Origin: an uncultured Candidatus Poseidoniales archaeon
GTDB taxonomy: Archaea > Thermoplasmatota > Poseidoniia > Poseidoniales > Thalassarchaeaceae
Direction: 5' to 3'
NCBI GenBank assembly: GCA_963968165.1
Contig: CAXAFE010000001.1
Span: 7,763 to 71,762 of the forward strand
Length of the DNA stretch: 64,000 bases
Position numbers and translations under genes: made by a program. The notes under the pieces are model-generated. The model ran no database searches. It saw only the letters and a list, made by a program, of their open reading frames with translations, and was not told where the DNA came from. Within the stretch, counting starts at the first letter, position 1. Each line of letters begins with the position of its first letter. Shown piece by piece: positions 28,323-37,761 of this stretch.

Positions 28323-30382
28323 TCAGATAAAGAAGGTTGATTTTTATTAGTTCTTGGTTCAACCTTCTGTAGTGTCTCGACTTCATTCGTTTCTGCTCTA
28401 TCAATTAATGATTCTAAATTTCTAACTTCGTTTAATATTTCCTTTTCAGCAGCATCCAAAGCTTCAGATTTACGAATCTCATCTAACAATGTTTCATCAA
28501 TCTTTGAAGCGCCAATTATATCTCCATTACCTCTAAAGAAAACATCGGTATCAGTCCATTCTCCCTTAACAAGACCATCAATCCCAAAATTAATCGTAGT
28601 ACAAGTTCCTGGATTTAGTGTATCTAATCTCCACGCCCAAATGCCATGGGCCTCTTTTCTACCTCCCCTAACATTATCTACCATATTAATTGAAGAACTT
28701 TCTGGCCATTTTACTAGAATAGTATATGCTCTTGCCCTAGCGGTATAATTGTATATTTCGATTGAGCAAGTTGCAATTCTTTTTTCCTTATCCCACCCTA
28801 ATTTCTCTTCACAAAACACTGCATTCATTATCTGCGTAATAACAGGCGCCAAATCCGGTACTTCTCTCGACAATATCTCCGAACTTTTCTTTGCAATTTC
28901 TGGTAGTATTATGTTAACCAATTCAAATTTTTCTTGTGCTTTTTTTCTTTGAGAACTCTTTTTTAAATGATTTTTTAATCCTCTCCCAACTTCTAGCAAT
29001 GCTTTTCTTATTTCTTCATGCACTTCCTCATTTTCAGCAACTGCTTCTTTTGCCTCACTTGTAAATTGTACATTAGTTGATGCTAAGTGAATAAGTAATG
29101 CTGCTGGACCTTTGGGTACGCCCCTACCACCAGGATGATCCAATCCGTACCTTTTCCAATCAACAGACTCAATAGCTTTTGTTAACAAACAACCTCCTTG
29201 TTGGTACATTAATGGCACTCTATTAGCAAATCTCAGTACTTCTATGGGCCCTTCCGCACTTAAATCGCCTCCAAATACTAAACCAACTTCGATTTGAAAT
29301 GGATTCCCTTGGCTAACACTAGGATTTCTAGTTACGGTAGACGCAAATCTAGAATCAATAGCCTTTGATAACCCCTTTTTTATCAATAAATCATCAATAG
29401 GAGATAGGCAATCCATTGGAGGTGAAAGTAATTTAACTTGTTTAAATGCAGAGAGAATTTCTTGAGCATCATCAGATTTAATTCTTTTAGGGCCTCTGCT
29501 TTCATCTATCTTTGCGTTTGCAAGAATATCTCTAGCAGCACGCATGCTTACTCCTGAAAAATTATGACGTAAAAATGACGTCATCTTCCTTTCTTCAGAT
29601 TCTCGTAACATTCTTTGTAGCGTCCCTAAATGAATTCCATGAGGATGAGGCTTAATTTCAGATACTATCCGTGGTAGTCTTTCAGTCGTCCTTGCCCAAC
29701 TTCCAGAATCAATAATATTTCCATCTTTATCACGAACTATTAATGTAATACTCGCATGTGGATTGACAATTGAAGTCATTCTAAGGTATTGATGTACAGA
29801 TTGTTTTCCCTTCTGATATTTTCCTTTCATTACTGTTTTTATCCGTAACCCTTGTTGTACCTCAATCCCTGATCTTTCATCAATCCAAATATCTCGTTTT
29901 TCACCAGTTTTCAATGCTTTATTTTTTCTAGTATCAAGTCCCAACTCAACAAATACAGCAGAATTTTCATTTTTTATTTTAGAAATTATATGAGTCTTCG
30001 CACCAGTTGTTAATTGACTATACATAACTACACCAGTTATACCTATTCCTTGTTGCCCTCTTGTTTGCCGAATGGCATGAAAACGAGATCCAAGAAGAAA
30101 CTTTCCAAAGACATCTTCTATCGCATTTCTTGGTATACCTGGTCCGTTATCTTGGGTAATGAATTCTATTTTTTCTTTTTCTTGACGATTCAACTCAACA
30201 TGAATTGTTGGCAGTATACGTGCCTCCTCACAAGCATCAAGAGAGTTATCTACCGATTCCTTTACAGCAGTTATTATCGACCTTTGAAGGGAGTCAAATC
30301 CAAGAAAATGCTTATTTTTTTCAAAGAATTCACTGACAGCTATCTGTTTTTGCTTACTAGAAATTTCTTCTGCATTGCTCAT
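28307..30382 (-). CDS. top6B: DNA topoisomerase VI subunit B (GHKL ATPase)
   Basis: The Bergerat fold motifs ESVDNSLDACEE, DNGPGIP and GQQGIGITG are present, followed by the transducer region. The ORF track begins at 30445. I prefer ATG 30382 (MSNAEEISSKQKQIAVSEFFEKN) because GGAGGAATACCT precedes it. Confidence 0.93.
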   Translation of the reverse strand: MSNAEEISSKQKQIAVSEFFEKNKHFLGFDSLQRSIITAVKESVDNSLDACEEARILPTIHVELNRQEKEKIEFITQDNGPGIPRNAIEDVFGKFLLGSRFHAIRQTRGQQGIGITGVVMYSQLTTGAKTHIISKIKNENSAVFVELGLDTRKNKALKTGEKRDIWIDERSGIEVQQGLRIKTVMKGKYQKGKQSVHQYLRMTSIVNPHASITLIVRDKDGNIIDSGSWARTTERLPRIVSEIKPHPHGIHLGTLQRMLRESEERKMTSFLRHNFSGVSMRAARDILANAKIDESRGPKRIKSDDAQEILSAFKQVKLLSPPMDCLSPIDDLLIKKGLSKAIDSRFASTVTRNPSVSQGNPFQIEVGLVFGGDLSAEGPIEVLRFANRVPLMYQQGGCLLTKAIESVDWKRYGLDHPGGRGVPKGPAALLIHLASTNVQFTSEAKEAVAENEEVHEEIRKALLEVGRGLKNHLKKSSQRKKAQEKFELVNIILPEIAKKSSEILSREVPDLAPVITQIMNAVFCEEKLGWDKEKRIATCSIEIYNYTARARAYTILVKWPESSSINMVDNVRGGRKEAHGIWAWRLDTLNPGTCTTINFGIDGLVKGEWTDTDVFFRGNGDIIGASKIDETLLDEIRKSEALDAAEKEILNEVRNLESLIDRAETNEVETLQKVEPRTNKNQPSLSEWEVE

Positions 30383-30530
30383 AGGTATTCCTCCATCAGG
30401 TCCTCCCAATACCCTATTGGCACGGGGCCTGCTTATGGTTAGCACAGTCGGAAGACAGACCCTCCTTAACTATACTTAGGAATTTTATAGAAATAATGCG
30501 ATATACCTACTAAACCAAAGGTACCAAAAT

Positions 30531-32408
30531 TTATTTTTTATCGAATATTCCAGGCTCCCATGCTGAAATTTTCCCAATGAATGCACTAGTCATGACTGTT
30601 AGGGGACTTGCGAGATATAATTTCCCTGGACCTGATCTTCCTTGAAAATTCCTATTTATTGCCGATACTGTGACTTGTGAAGGATTATCACTTACTCCTG
30701 GGCCAGCTCCAATACAAGCACCACATCCTGGATCTATGATGTTTATTCCGGCTTCTTTAAACAATTCTGTCCACCCATTCCTTATAGACAGCTCTTTGAC
30801 TGCTTTGGAACCAAATTGTATAAAACATTCAACCCCATCACTTATTTTCATCCCAGCATCTAATGCCGCTTTAGTGACCATGGCATAGTATGCGAAATCA
30901 TCATCTTTTCCTGCCGTACATGATCCAGCATAGGCTATATCGATTTCAATATCTCCTATTTCGTGTATAAATGCACCATTTGTGGGGTCAGAAGGAATTC
31001 CCTTATCTGGATCACCAGGATGAGCAACCATAGGTAATATGTCAGAAAGGTTGATTTTATGGATGCCACCATCATAAATAGCATCAGAATCTGGTAATAT
31101 AAAACAATCTCTTATTTTTTCTTCAGTTAAGTTATCACGTCGTTTAATCAGCCACTCTATCGTAGATAAATCTGGCTCACATATCCCGGTTTTTGCACTA
31201 CATTCAGTTGCCATATTACATAGAGTAGCCCTTTCATCCATAGAAAGGCTAGCCAGGCCAGGACCGCCAAACTCCATACTTCTGTCCAAAGTTTCTGATT
31301 TTGATGCATAATGAAGTAAAATATGTAGAATAACATCTTTTGCAGTACATCCGGGGTGTAAACTACCTTCTAATTCAAATCGAATACTCTCCGGAACCTT
31401 GACAAAGGCAAATTGATTATGAACTAGATTTGCATATTCCGTTGAACCGACTCCATATGTTAATGCATTCGATGCACCTCCCATACAAGTATGGGAATCT
31501 GTGGCTTGTATAAAATCACCAACATCAATAAATTCTTCTCGAGCTATCTGGTGACATATTCCGGGACTTATCCCATCAACCGCAGAATAATCCCTTACTC
31601 CTGTATGCTTTTGGAAAGCATTCTGTAATTCTCTCAATGTCTCTATTTTCTGAGTATGAGGGCTAAATTTGGGAACTCCAGTTGCATACAATAAATGATC
31701 CTCAAAGACTGCAAATTTGATTGGATTTGGAAGAGAATAATCATTTCCATATTCTTGTTGTAAAAAGGTATGTACTTGTGCAGTTGTAAATTCATGAGAA
31801 TAGCCACCATCAACGGAAGCCAAGACTGCATCACCAGGTTTTACAAAATTATTATTTTTATCACCAAGCATTTTTTTTGCAATTATTTTTTCCGCCATTG
31901 TCATTGGACGTCTACCGGTCATCGACGCAGGTAAGGTAATTTCACCTTCACCTAATCTTTTTGCAAATGGAAATATTCCTCCATTTTCAACTATCAGTCT
32001 TGTTACTTGATCATAATCTGAAGTAAACTCAGATAAATCAATAGACTCACCTTTTTGCAGCCTCTCAAGCATAGAATAGCTTCCCATTAATTGCCCTAGA
32101 TTTATATTATTTCTCTCATGTATTGGTGCAAAAGAGGCTGCAATCACCAGCCTTATTCCCGACCATCTTTCACACTGAGGAGCAGTCTCCCTACTAGAGC
32201 CAGTTCCCTTTCTATGCCCAGAAACAATAACCTCAAAATTACCTTCAATTAGAGCATTTTTTTCAAAAACACGACGCCCATCATGCATTAATCCTGCATA
32301 AGCATTTTCAGCAATCTTAGCAGGATCATGATCAAAACATACCCATGCAGGAGTCATAACATCGGTGTTGATGTCATCTAACAAGTCGTCAATTTTCAAA
32401 TCTTCCAT
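30531..32408 (-). CDS. aconitase-family (de)hydratase with swivel domain N-terminal to the catalytic domains (AcnB-like order)
   Basis: 625 aa. The N-terminal approximately 140 aa resemble a LeuD/swivel domain (VSGHRKGTGSSRETA, like GxNFGCGSSRE). The catalytic part has DSHTCMGG, GSCTAG and PGCGACIG, which supply the three Fe-S cysteine ligands. Confidence 0.8.
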   Translation of the reverse strand: MEDLKIDDLLDDINTDVMTPAWVCFDHDPAKIAENAYAGLMHDGRRVFEKNALIEGNFEVIVSGHRKGTGSSRETAPQCERWSGIRLVIAASFAPIHERNNINLGQLMGSYSMLERLQKGESIDLSEFTSDYDQVTRLIVENGGIFPFAKRLGEGEITLPASMTGRRPMTMAEKIIAKKMLGDKNNNFVKPGDAVLASVDGGYSHEFTTAQVHTFLQQEYGNDYSLPNPIKFAVFEDHLLYATGVPKFSPHTQKIETLRELQNAFQKHTGVRDYSAVDGISPGICHQIAREEFIDVGDFIQATDSHTCMGGASNALTYGVGSTEYANLVHNQFAFVKVPESIRFELEGSLHPGCTAKDVILHILLHYASKSETLDRSMEFGGPGLASLSMDERATLCNMATECSAKTGICEPDLSTIEWLIKRRDNLTEEKIRDCFILPDSDAIYDGGIHKINLSDILPMVAHPGDPDKGIPSDPTNGAFIHEIGDIEIDIAYAGSCTAGKDDDFAYYAMVTKAALDAGMKISDGVECFIQFGSKAVKELSIRNGWTELFKEAGINIIDPGCGACIGAGPGVSDNPSQVTVSAINRNFQGRSGPGKLYLASPLTVMTSAFIGKISAWEPGIFDKK

Positions 32409-32699
32409 CTTTAAGTTAAGTCCTTCATATAGTTGTTTTGAAATTAGGTCCAGATTTTTTGTTAAAAACAGAACCCTTTTTTCTTTTGAAAGATTAATTT
32501 TACTCGGAGGCCATTGCTTAATCGTCTTTTCCCCCTTTATTCGATGGCACGGTCCGGCCCTATATCACAATTTTTGAAAAATTAAGTTTTTTTATTGCGA
32601 CACTAGTGACTAATTTAGTATGATATATTTACTATTAGACTTATATAAGATGGGCTTTCGGACTATTTTATCTTTACTTAGTAAAGTTGGAGTGATATC

Positions 32700-33626
32700 A
32701 TGGCAAATGACCTTATAGAAGACACAGTAAAATGTACAGAATGCGCGAGTAGAAACCTGATAAAAGATGAAACAAGAGGAGAAATAGTCTGTCAAGATTG
32801 TGGGTTAGTACTAGAGGACAATGTTATCGACCAAGGAGCAGAGTGGAGAGTATTTAGTCCCGAACAAGGAGATCAAAGAGCACGAACAGGGGCCCCGATG
32901 ACCGTTATGCTCCATGATAAAGGACTTTCTACAGACATTGATTGGCAGAATAAAGATTATTCCGGTAAGTCTATCTCAAGCAGATATAGAAGTCAATTTT
33001 ACCGCATGAGGAAATGGCAAAAGAGATCTCGAGTGAGTAATGCAACAGAAAGAAATTTGGCTATGGCATTAGCAGAATTGGATAGAATGGCTAGCCGATT
33101 AGATTTACCAAAATCGATCAGAGAAGCCGCCGCTGTCAATTACAAGAAGGCTGTTGAAGCAAGACTAATACGTGGCAGGTCCATTGAAGGAGTTGCTGCT
33201 GCTAGTCTTTATGCAGCATGTAGACAATGTTCCAATCCTAGAACATTGGATGAAATCGGTGAAGCTAGTCGAACTGGAAGAAAAGAGATTGGCCGCACTT
33301 ACAGATTTATGGTCAGAGAACTTAAAATGAAAATCCCACCAACAAAACCAGAAGATTATATCCCTAGGTTTTGTTCCGGATTAGATTTAGATGCAGAAGT
33401 TCAGGCTAAAGCATACGAGTTAATTGCTGCTGCTCAAGAAAGAGAACTTACAAGTGGAAGAGGACCAACTGGAATAGCTGCTTCTATCATATATATCGCT
33501 AGCGTACTTTGTGGTAAGCGTAGAACTCAGAGAGAAGTAGCGGAAGTAGCTGGAGTTACGGAAGTAACAATCAGAAATCGATATAAGGAACTAATTCAGA
33601 ACCTAAACATAGAACTTGAAATTTAA
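32700..33626 (+). CDS. tfb: transcription initiation factor TFB (TFIIB homologue)
   Basis: It has the Zn-ribbon [41 protein letters not shown], a B-reader/linker and two cyclin folds ([18 protein letters not shown]; [12 protein letters not shown]). GGAGTGAT lies upstream of the ATG. Confidence 0.95.
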   Translation: MANDLIEDTVKCTECASRNLIKDETRGEIVCQDCGLVLEDNVIDQGAEWRVFSPEQGDQRARTGAPMTVMLHDKGLSTDIDWQNKDYSGKSISSRYRSQFYRMRKWQKRSRVSNATERNLAMALAELDRMASRLDLPKSIREAAAVNYKKAVEARLIRGRSIEGVAAASLYAACRQCSNPRTLDEIGEASRTGRKEIGRTYRFMVRELKMKIPPTKPEDYIPRFCSGLDLDAEVQAKAYELIAAAQERELTSGRGPTGIAASIIYIASVLCGKRRTQREVAEVAGVTEVTIRNRYKELIQNLNIELEI

Positions 33627-33636
33627 TGGTGTGCCC

Positions 33637-34980
33637 ATGGCCCGCCGTGATGCCGAACCATTGATATGGGAAAATTGTACTAAACTTTTAGAAAGTTATG
33701 TCAAATGTTCTTTTGAACAAGGTAATTTACCAAATCCTCCACTTGAGTTACCTGATTTTCCAGCTCAATATCCAAAATCAGTAGAAATACTACTTTCTCA
33801 AACCTTGGGTCTTTTTTCAATAGATAAGGCTGGCTTCAAATCAAAACTATCAGAAATTTTTGATGAAATTGAGCCAGATTATGTTAAGAGACACATAGAT
33901 CCAGTAAATGAGAGAGAAAAATGGGCCCAAAAAAATATTCCATTAATATCAAAGAGAATACTAATCTTACAAATTAGAGATTGGTTCGCTTCAGCTCTAG
34001 ATGAAGCTGCCCCAGATACAGACAGGTGGTTTTTTGCTATATCCACGTTCATTGGGATGGCATATAAATCATCTGACGTTATTAGAGACTATGGATTTAA
34101 TTTTTTAGTATTTATTATAATGGCACAATCTCCATTTTATGTTAAGAAACCGACTCCATCAGGACCTCATCATATAGCCTGGAATCCATCTTTAGATTCA
34201 GAGAGTGAAGATATATCGCCCCATCCTTCAGGAATATTAGCAGCAAATACTATACTTGATTATTTATCCTTATCTCCGGATTCTTCTAAATTAATTATAC
34301 CCTTTTGGATAGAAAACCTTACAATTTATAAAAATATAGTTCCCTTAATAGATCTGTTTCAGAGAATAAAAAATTCTTTGGATACTTCTTCTAATTTACA
34401 GTCCGAGTCATTGATAAGGGCTACTGTCAGTCTAATTTCTGACCACCCATTAGAATCAAAAGAAATATTATTTAATTCTATAAAGAAAAATGATCCTATC
34501 ATAAATAGAAGTATTGCCACTTCTCTTCCAAAATTATATTCTTATGATAAATTATTCACACTAAGAATTTTAGATATTTTATTGATAGACCATGACGAAA
34601 CTAGTTCTGTACTTGCTACAACTGCATTAGGATTTATAATCAGGACAGATATCAATTCTTTTTTACCAAGAGCAACTAAAGTAATTGAAAATGGAAACCA
34701 GAAAGCGATACTGACATTAATTAATTCTAGTTTACGTGAATATATTAATTATGATGTTTATGATAAATTAAATTTAATATCAAAACTTTGGATATCATCT
34801 AATGAAAACTCAAAATCTAAACTCGTTAGTTTTATGTTAGAGATATTTGTTTCTAGCCCAAAAGCATTTTTACAAATATCACAAAGTATCTCTTCAGAAA
34901 ATCATAAATCATTCCTGGAATTCCATAAATGGATTGGTACAAGAGATACTACGGCAAAAGAATTTTTGGACTCTATGTAA
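33637..34980 (+). CDS. hypothetical alpha-helical (HEAT/ARM-like) repeat protein
   Basis: The track ORF starts at TTG 33616, inside the end of tfb. The first ATG (MARRDAEPL) is at 33637, 11 nt after the tfb stop. The sequence is all-helical by eye (..LRILDILLIDHDETSSVLATTALGFIIR..) and very AT-rich. No family recognised. Confidence 0.5.
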   Translation: MARRDAEPLIWENCTKLLESYVKCSFEQGNLPNPPLELPDFPAQYPKSVEILLSQTLGLFSIDKAGFKSKLSEIFDEIEPDYVKRHIDPVNEREKWAQKNIPLISKRILILQIRDWFASALDEAAPDTDRWFFAISTFIGMAYKSSDVIRDYGFNFLVFIIMAQSPFYVKKPTPSGPHHIAWNPSLDSESEDISPHPSGILAANTILDYLSLSPDSSKLIIPFWIENLTIYKNIVPLIDLFQRIKNSLDTSSNLQSESLIRATVSLISDHPLESKEILFNSIKKNDPIINRSIATSLPKLYSYDKLFTLRILDILLIDHDETSSVLATTALGFIIRTDINSFLPRATKVIENGNQKAILTLINSSLREYINYDVYDKLNLISKLWISSNENSKSKLVSFMLEIFVSSPKAFLQISQSISSENHKSFLEFHKWIGTRDTTAKEFLDSM

Positions 34981-35026
34981 CAATTAATAATGATTTTTAT
35001 AATAAATTTATTATATTTCCATATTA

Positions 35027-35788
35027 TTAATCTGATATCATTGCCATAAGTTTGTAATCTAAATCAAATTTATTATCTAGAATTGAGTCATCTAACACCA
35101 TATTTTTACGCCTGATATATCTAATTATTTTTCGAAATTGTAACTTCTTTACCATATTGATTATTTTCCATTTATCACCATATGTGCTATGATGATTATC
35201 ACTTGTTTTATTCCAATCTAGGCTATTTGATAACTTTTCTTCCAAGTTTTTATCATCAGTTTTTATTATGATATCGAATCTAGAGATATTACTCATGGCA
35301 ATACCAAAATCTTCACTTTTTAATTCCTTTAGTGGTATACTATTATTTCTAGAAAAGACCCTTACATAATAATTATCTGAGATATAAGGATTCGGAGCCT
35401 CTAAATATTTCTCAACATCATCTTCTTCTGTATATCCTGAATAGTAATCATAATTATAATTAGATATTAATCTGTCTTTAGGATCCCTTATACAAGTAAT
35501 TAAGCTTACACGTGGATCACTAGAAATTAATTCAAAATTTGGCGATCCATATTCTGTGGCAACAAACGTCACTCCTTTTTCCTCACATTTATTTATAAAA
35601 TTTAATAATTTATCATCATTATATTCCCAAATTGGCAACAAAATACCATTAGCATCAACAGGATTTCCATTATTATGATTGTCAAACAATATTTCTTTAT
35701 TCTCTATTGCCATATTCACAATCAGGGTCCCCGCTGATTTATGTAAATGTTGAAACCAAATTAATTGATATCTTTTTTTAATATCCAT
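35027..35788 (-). CDS. sulfotransferase (Sulfotransfer_2-like)
   Basis: The 5'-PSB-like motif is FQHLHKSAGT (compare H.PK.GGT). The 3'-PB-like motif is ITCIRDPKDRLISNYNY (compare R.P.DR..S.Y). Confidence 0.65.
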   Translation of the reverse strand: MDIKKRYQLIWFQHLHKSAGTLIVNMAIENKEILFDNHNNGNPVDANGILLPIWEYNDDKLLNFINKCEEKGVTFVATEYGSPNFELISSDPRVSLITCIRDPKDRLISNYNYDYYSGYTEEDDVEKYLEAPNPYISDNYYVRVFSRNNSIPLKELKSEDFGIAMSNISRFDIIIKTDDKNLEEKLSNSLDWNKTSDNHHSTYGDKWKIINMVKKLQFRKIIRYIRRKNMVLDDSILDNKFDLDYKLMAMISD

Positions 35789-35856
35789 TACTACACTTCT
35801 CTTATCGATGTTCTTTTCATATATACGGCCCCGGCTGTACCATATAGTACCTCTTA

Positions 35857-36789
35857 ATGTGGGGTATTATACAGGAGAAATTTTCGGTGCAACCAGTTGA
35901 TGTTTTTATTGTGGGAGTTCCAAAAGCAGGAACCACTTGGTTAGCCAATACATTATCACAACATCCAGACATTCAGATATCTAATCCAAAGGAACCCAAT
36001 ATTATAGCATCACACAAAGGAACTTTTGATAGAATAATGAAAGAGCCTGATTGGTCTTCGTATGATAATCACTTTACTCAATCAGGCCTTCGTATTGATG
36101 CATCTGTTCATACATTCGCATGCCCATTATCTCCTGAAAGAATATTCAAGAAAGTACCTAATATGAAGTTTATTTTGTGTTTAAGAGAACCAATCTCTAG
36201 AGCAGTTAGTCATTGGAATATGGTTAAAGATACTCGTACAGATTTAGAGAACAATTCAGATTGGTCAAATTTTCCTACAGCTTGGCTTGATAGCCGCCTT
36301 AAATCTGATTCCATGTATGGTCAATCTATGTCTAGATGGATAAAATATTTTAGTCTTGATAATTTTTTAATTATTGATAGTCTGGTAATGAGGGAACAAC
36401 CAGATATAATTCTATCAAAAATCGATTCTTTTCTTAACCTTGTACCAAATAAATATAAAATTAACCAAAGTAAACATGCAAATAGTGCTAATAATAGACG
36501 ACCACTCACAAAAATTGGTAAAATATTAAAATCTATATTTTCTAAGATACCTATTTTTTTAAAAATGCCAGTAGTCAATATCCTACAAAAAAAAGATATC
36601 AATATTTATTCGACTCCCATAATTAGTAATGCCCCAATGAACAAAAAAATCCAATCATTTCACTATTTTACATGCGCTGATACTATAATTGAAGATTTAT
36701 TGTTATTTGATGAAATAACTGGATTTTCAACTTCTCACTGGATTGAGGAAATAAACTATCAATGTTTAAATATTAATGAACTATCTTAA
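35857..36789 (+). CDS. sulfotransferase (PAPS-dependent, Sulfotransfer_1/3-like)
   Basis: The classical 5'-PSB loop is VFIVGVPKAGTTWLANTLSQHPD. The 3'-PB is LCLREPISRAVSHWNM. Confidence 0.85.
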   Translation: MWGIIQEKFSVQPVDVFIVGVPKAGTTWLANTLSQHPDIQISNPKEPNIIASHKGTFDRIMKEPDWSSYDNHFTQSGLRIDASVHTFACPLSPERIFKKVPNMKFILCLREPISRAVSHWNMVKDTRTDLENNSDWSNFPTAWLDSRLKSDSMYGQSMSRWIKYFSLDNFLIIDSLVMREQPDIILSKIDSFLNLVPNKYKINQSKHANSANNRRPLTKIGKILKSIFSKIPIFLKMPVVNILQKKDINIYSTPIISNAPMNKKIQSFHYFTCADTIIEDLLLFDEITGFSTSHWIEEINYQCLNINELS

Positions 36790-36819
36790 TATCCAAACTA
36801 TATACGGAGGTAAAATATT

Positions 36820-37761
36820 ATGCAATCAGTTTCCATTCCTCCTAACTTATTATTAATTGGCGGTCCTAAATGTGGAACAACTTCTCTGTTAACTTGGATG
36901 CGCAAACATCCTGAAATATATCATCCATGGGAAAAGATGCCAGTTAGCGCTTCAGAAAGCGGATTTTTATTAGGTGGTATCAGTGATATACCATTTAGTC
37001 CAACAAAGCCAAAGGGTACATTATTAATTCCCAATGAGATTAATATGGAGAATTACAATGATGAGAAATGGATCATTGATAAATCTCCGCAACATCTGTA
37101 CTCAAAAAAAGCTCTAGATATTGTCGATAAATCATTACCTAATTCAAAAATTATTATCACTTTAAGAGATCCATTTGATCTACTTATTTCATGGCATGGC
37201 GAGATGATTAAAGGTTTAAATTATGATATTGACTTAAATGAATTAATAGATAAATTAGATAATATTAATTGGGTAATTGATGATAACGATGAATCCACAT
37301 GGTCATTTTTGAATTATCCTCAATATTCAAAATTTGTCACTTCCTGGATTGAAACACTCGGAGTTAGTCGTGTCAAGGTCATTAAATTATCATCGATTAA
37401 AGAGAAACCAGATCAAGTTCTAGAATCGATATCAAAATGGCTAGAGATAGATCCAGAAAAAATGCCTCGAAGTTTGAAGATTAAAAATATTAGAGGTAAA
37501 TTATCAAATAACCCCATAAGAAGATTGTTACGAAATCCTCCTAATTTTGTATTTACTTTATCTAGGTTATTCATACCAAGTAGGTCCCTTAGGAAAATAA
37601 TATTGGATCCAATAAGGAGACTTGGATGGAAATATGTACCTTCTCCTAAAGATAATATTTCTCCTGAGTTGGAAAATAGAATAAGAGAAAAATTTAGCAA
37701 AGATATAGAATTCTTTAACAACTTAGAGGACAATATTCCAAAATCAACTATAATAAATTAG
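36820..37761 (+). CDS. sulfotransferase (PAPS-dependent, Sulfotransfer_1/3-like), second paralogue
   Basis: The 5'-PSB is LLLIGGPKCGTTSLLTWMRKHPE and the 3'-PB is ITLRDPFDLLISWHGEM. It differs from its neighbour outside these motifs. Confidence 0.85.
   Translation: MQSVSIPPNLLLIGGPKCGTTSLLTWMRKHPEIYHPWEKMPVSASESGFLLGGISDIPFSPTKPKGTLLIPNEINMENYNDEKWIIDKSPQHLYSKKALDIVDKSLPNSKIIITLRDPFDLLISWHGEMIKGLNYDIDLNELIDKLDNINWVIDDNDESTWSFLNYPQYSKFVTSWIETLGVSRVKVIKLSSIKEKPDQVLESISKWLEIDPEKMPRSLKIKNIRGKLSNNPIRRLLRNPPNFVFTLSRLFIPSRSLRKIILDPIRRLGWKYVPSPKDNISPELENRIREKFSKDIEFFNNLEDNIPKSTIIN

Noticed and set aside
30383-30445. A 21-codon N-terminal extension of top6B (MLTISRPRANRVLGGPDGGIP).
   Set aside because: The internal ATG at 30382 is preceded by GGAGG at the right spacing. 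The conserved Top6B sequence begins only after it.
32365-32795. Two small ORFs (32365..32577 + and 32610..32795 -) in and around the long tfb upstream region.
   Set aside because: Each begins inside, or runs into, a neighbouring well-supported gene (the aconitase-family 5' end, the tfb 5' end). They have no motifs and no plausible ribosome-binding context.
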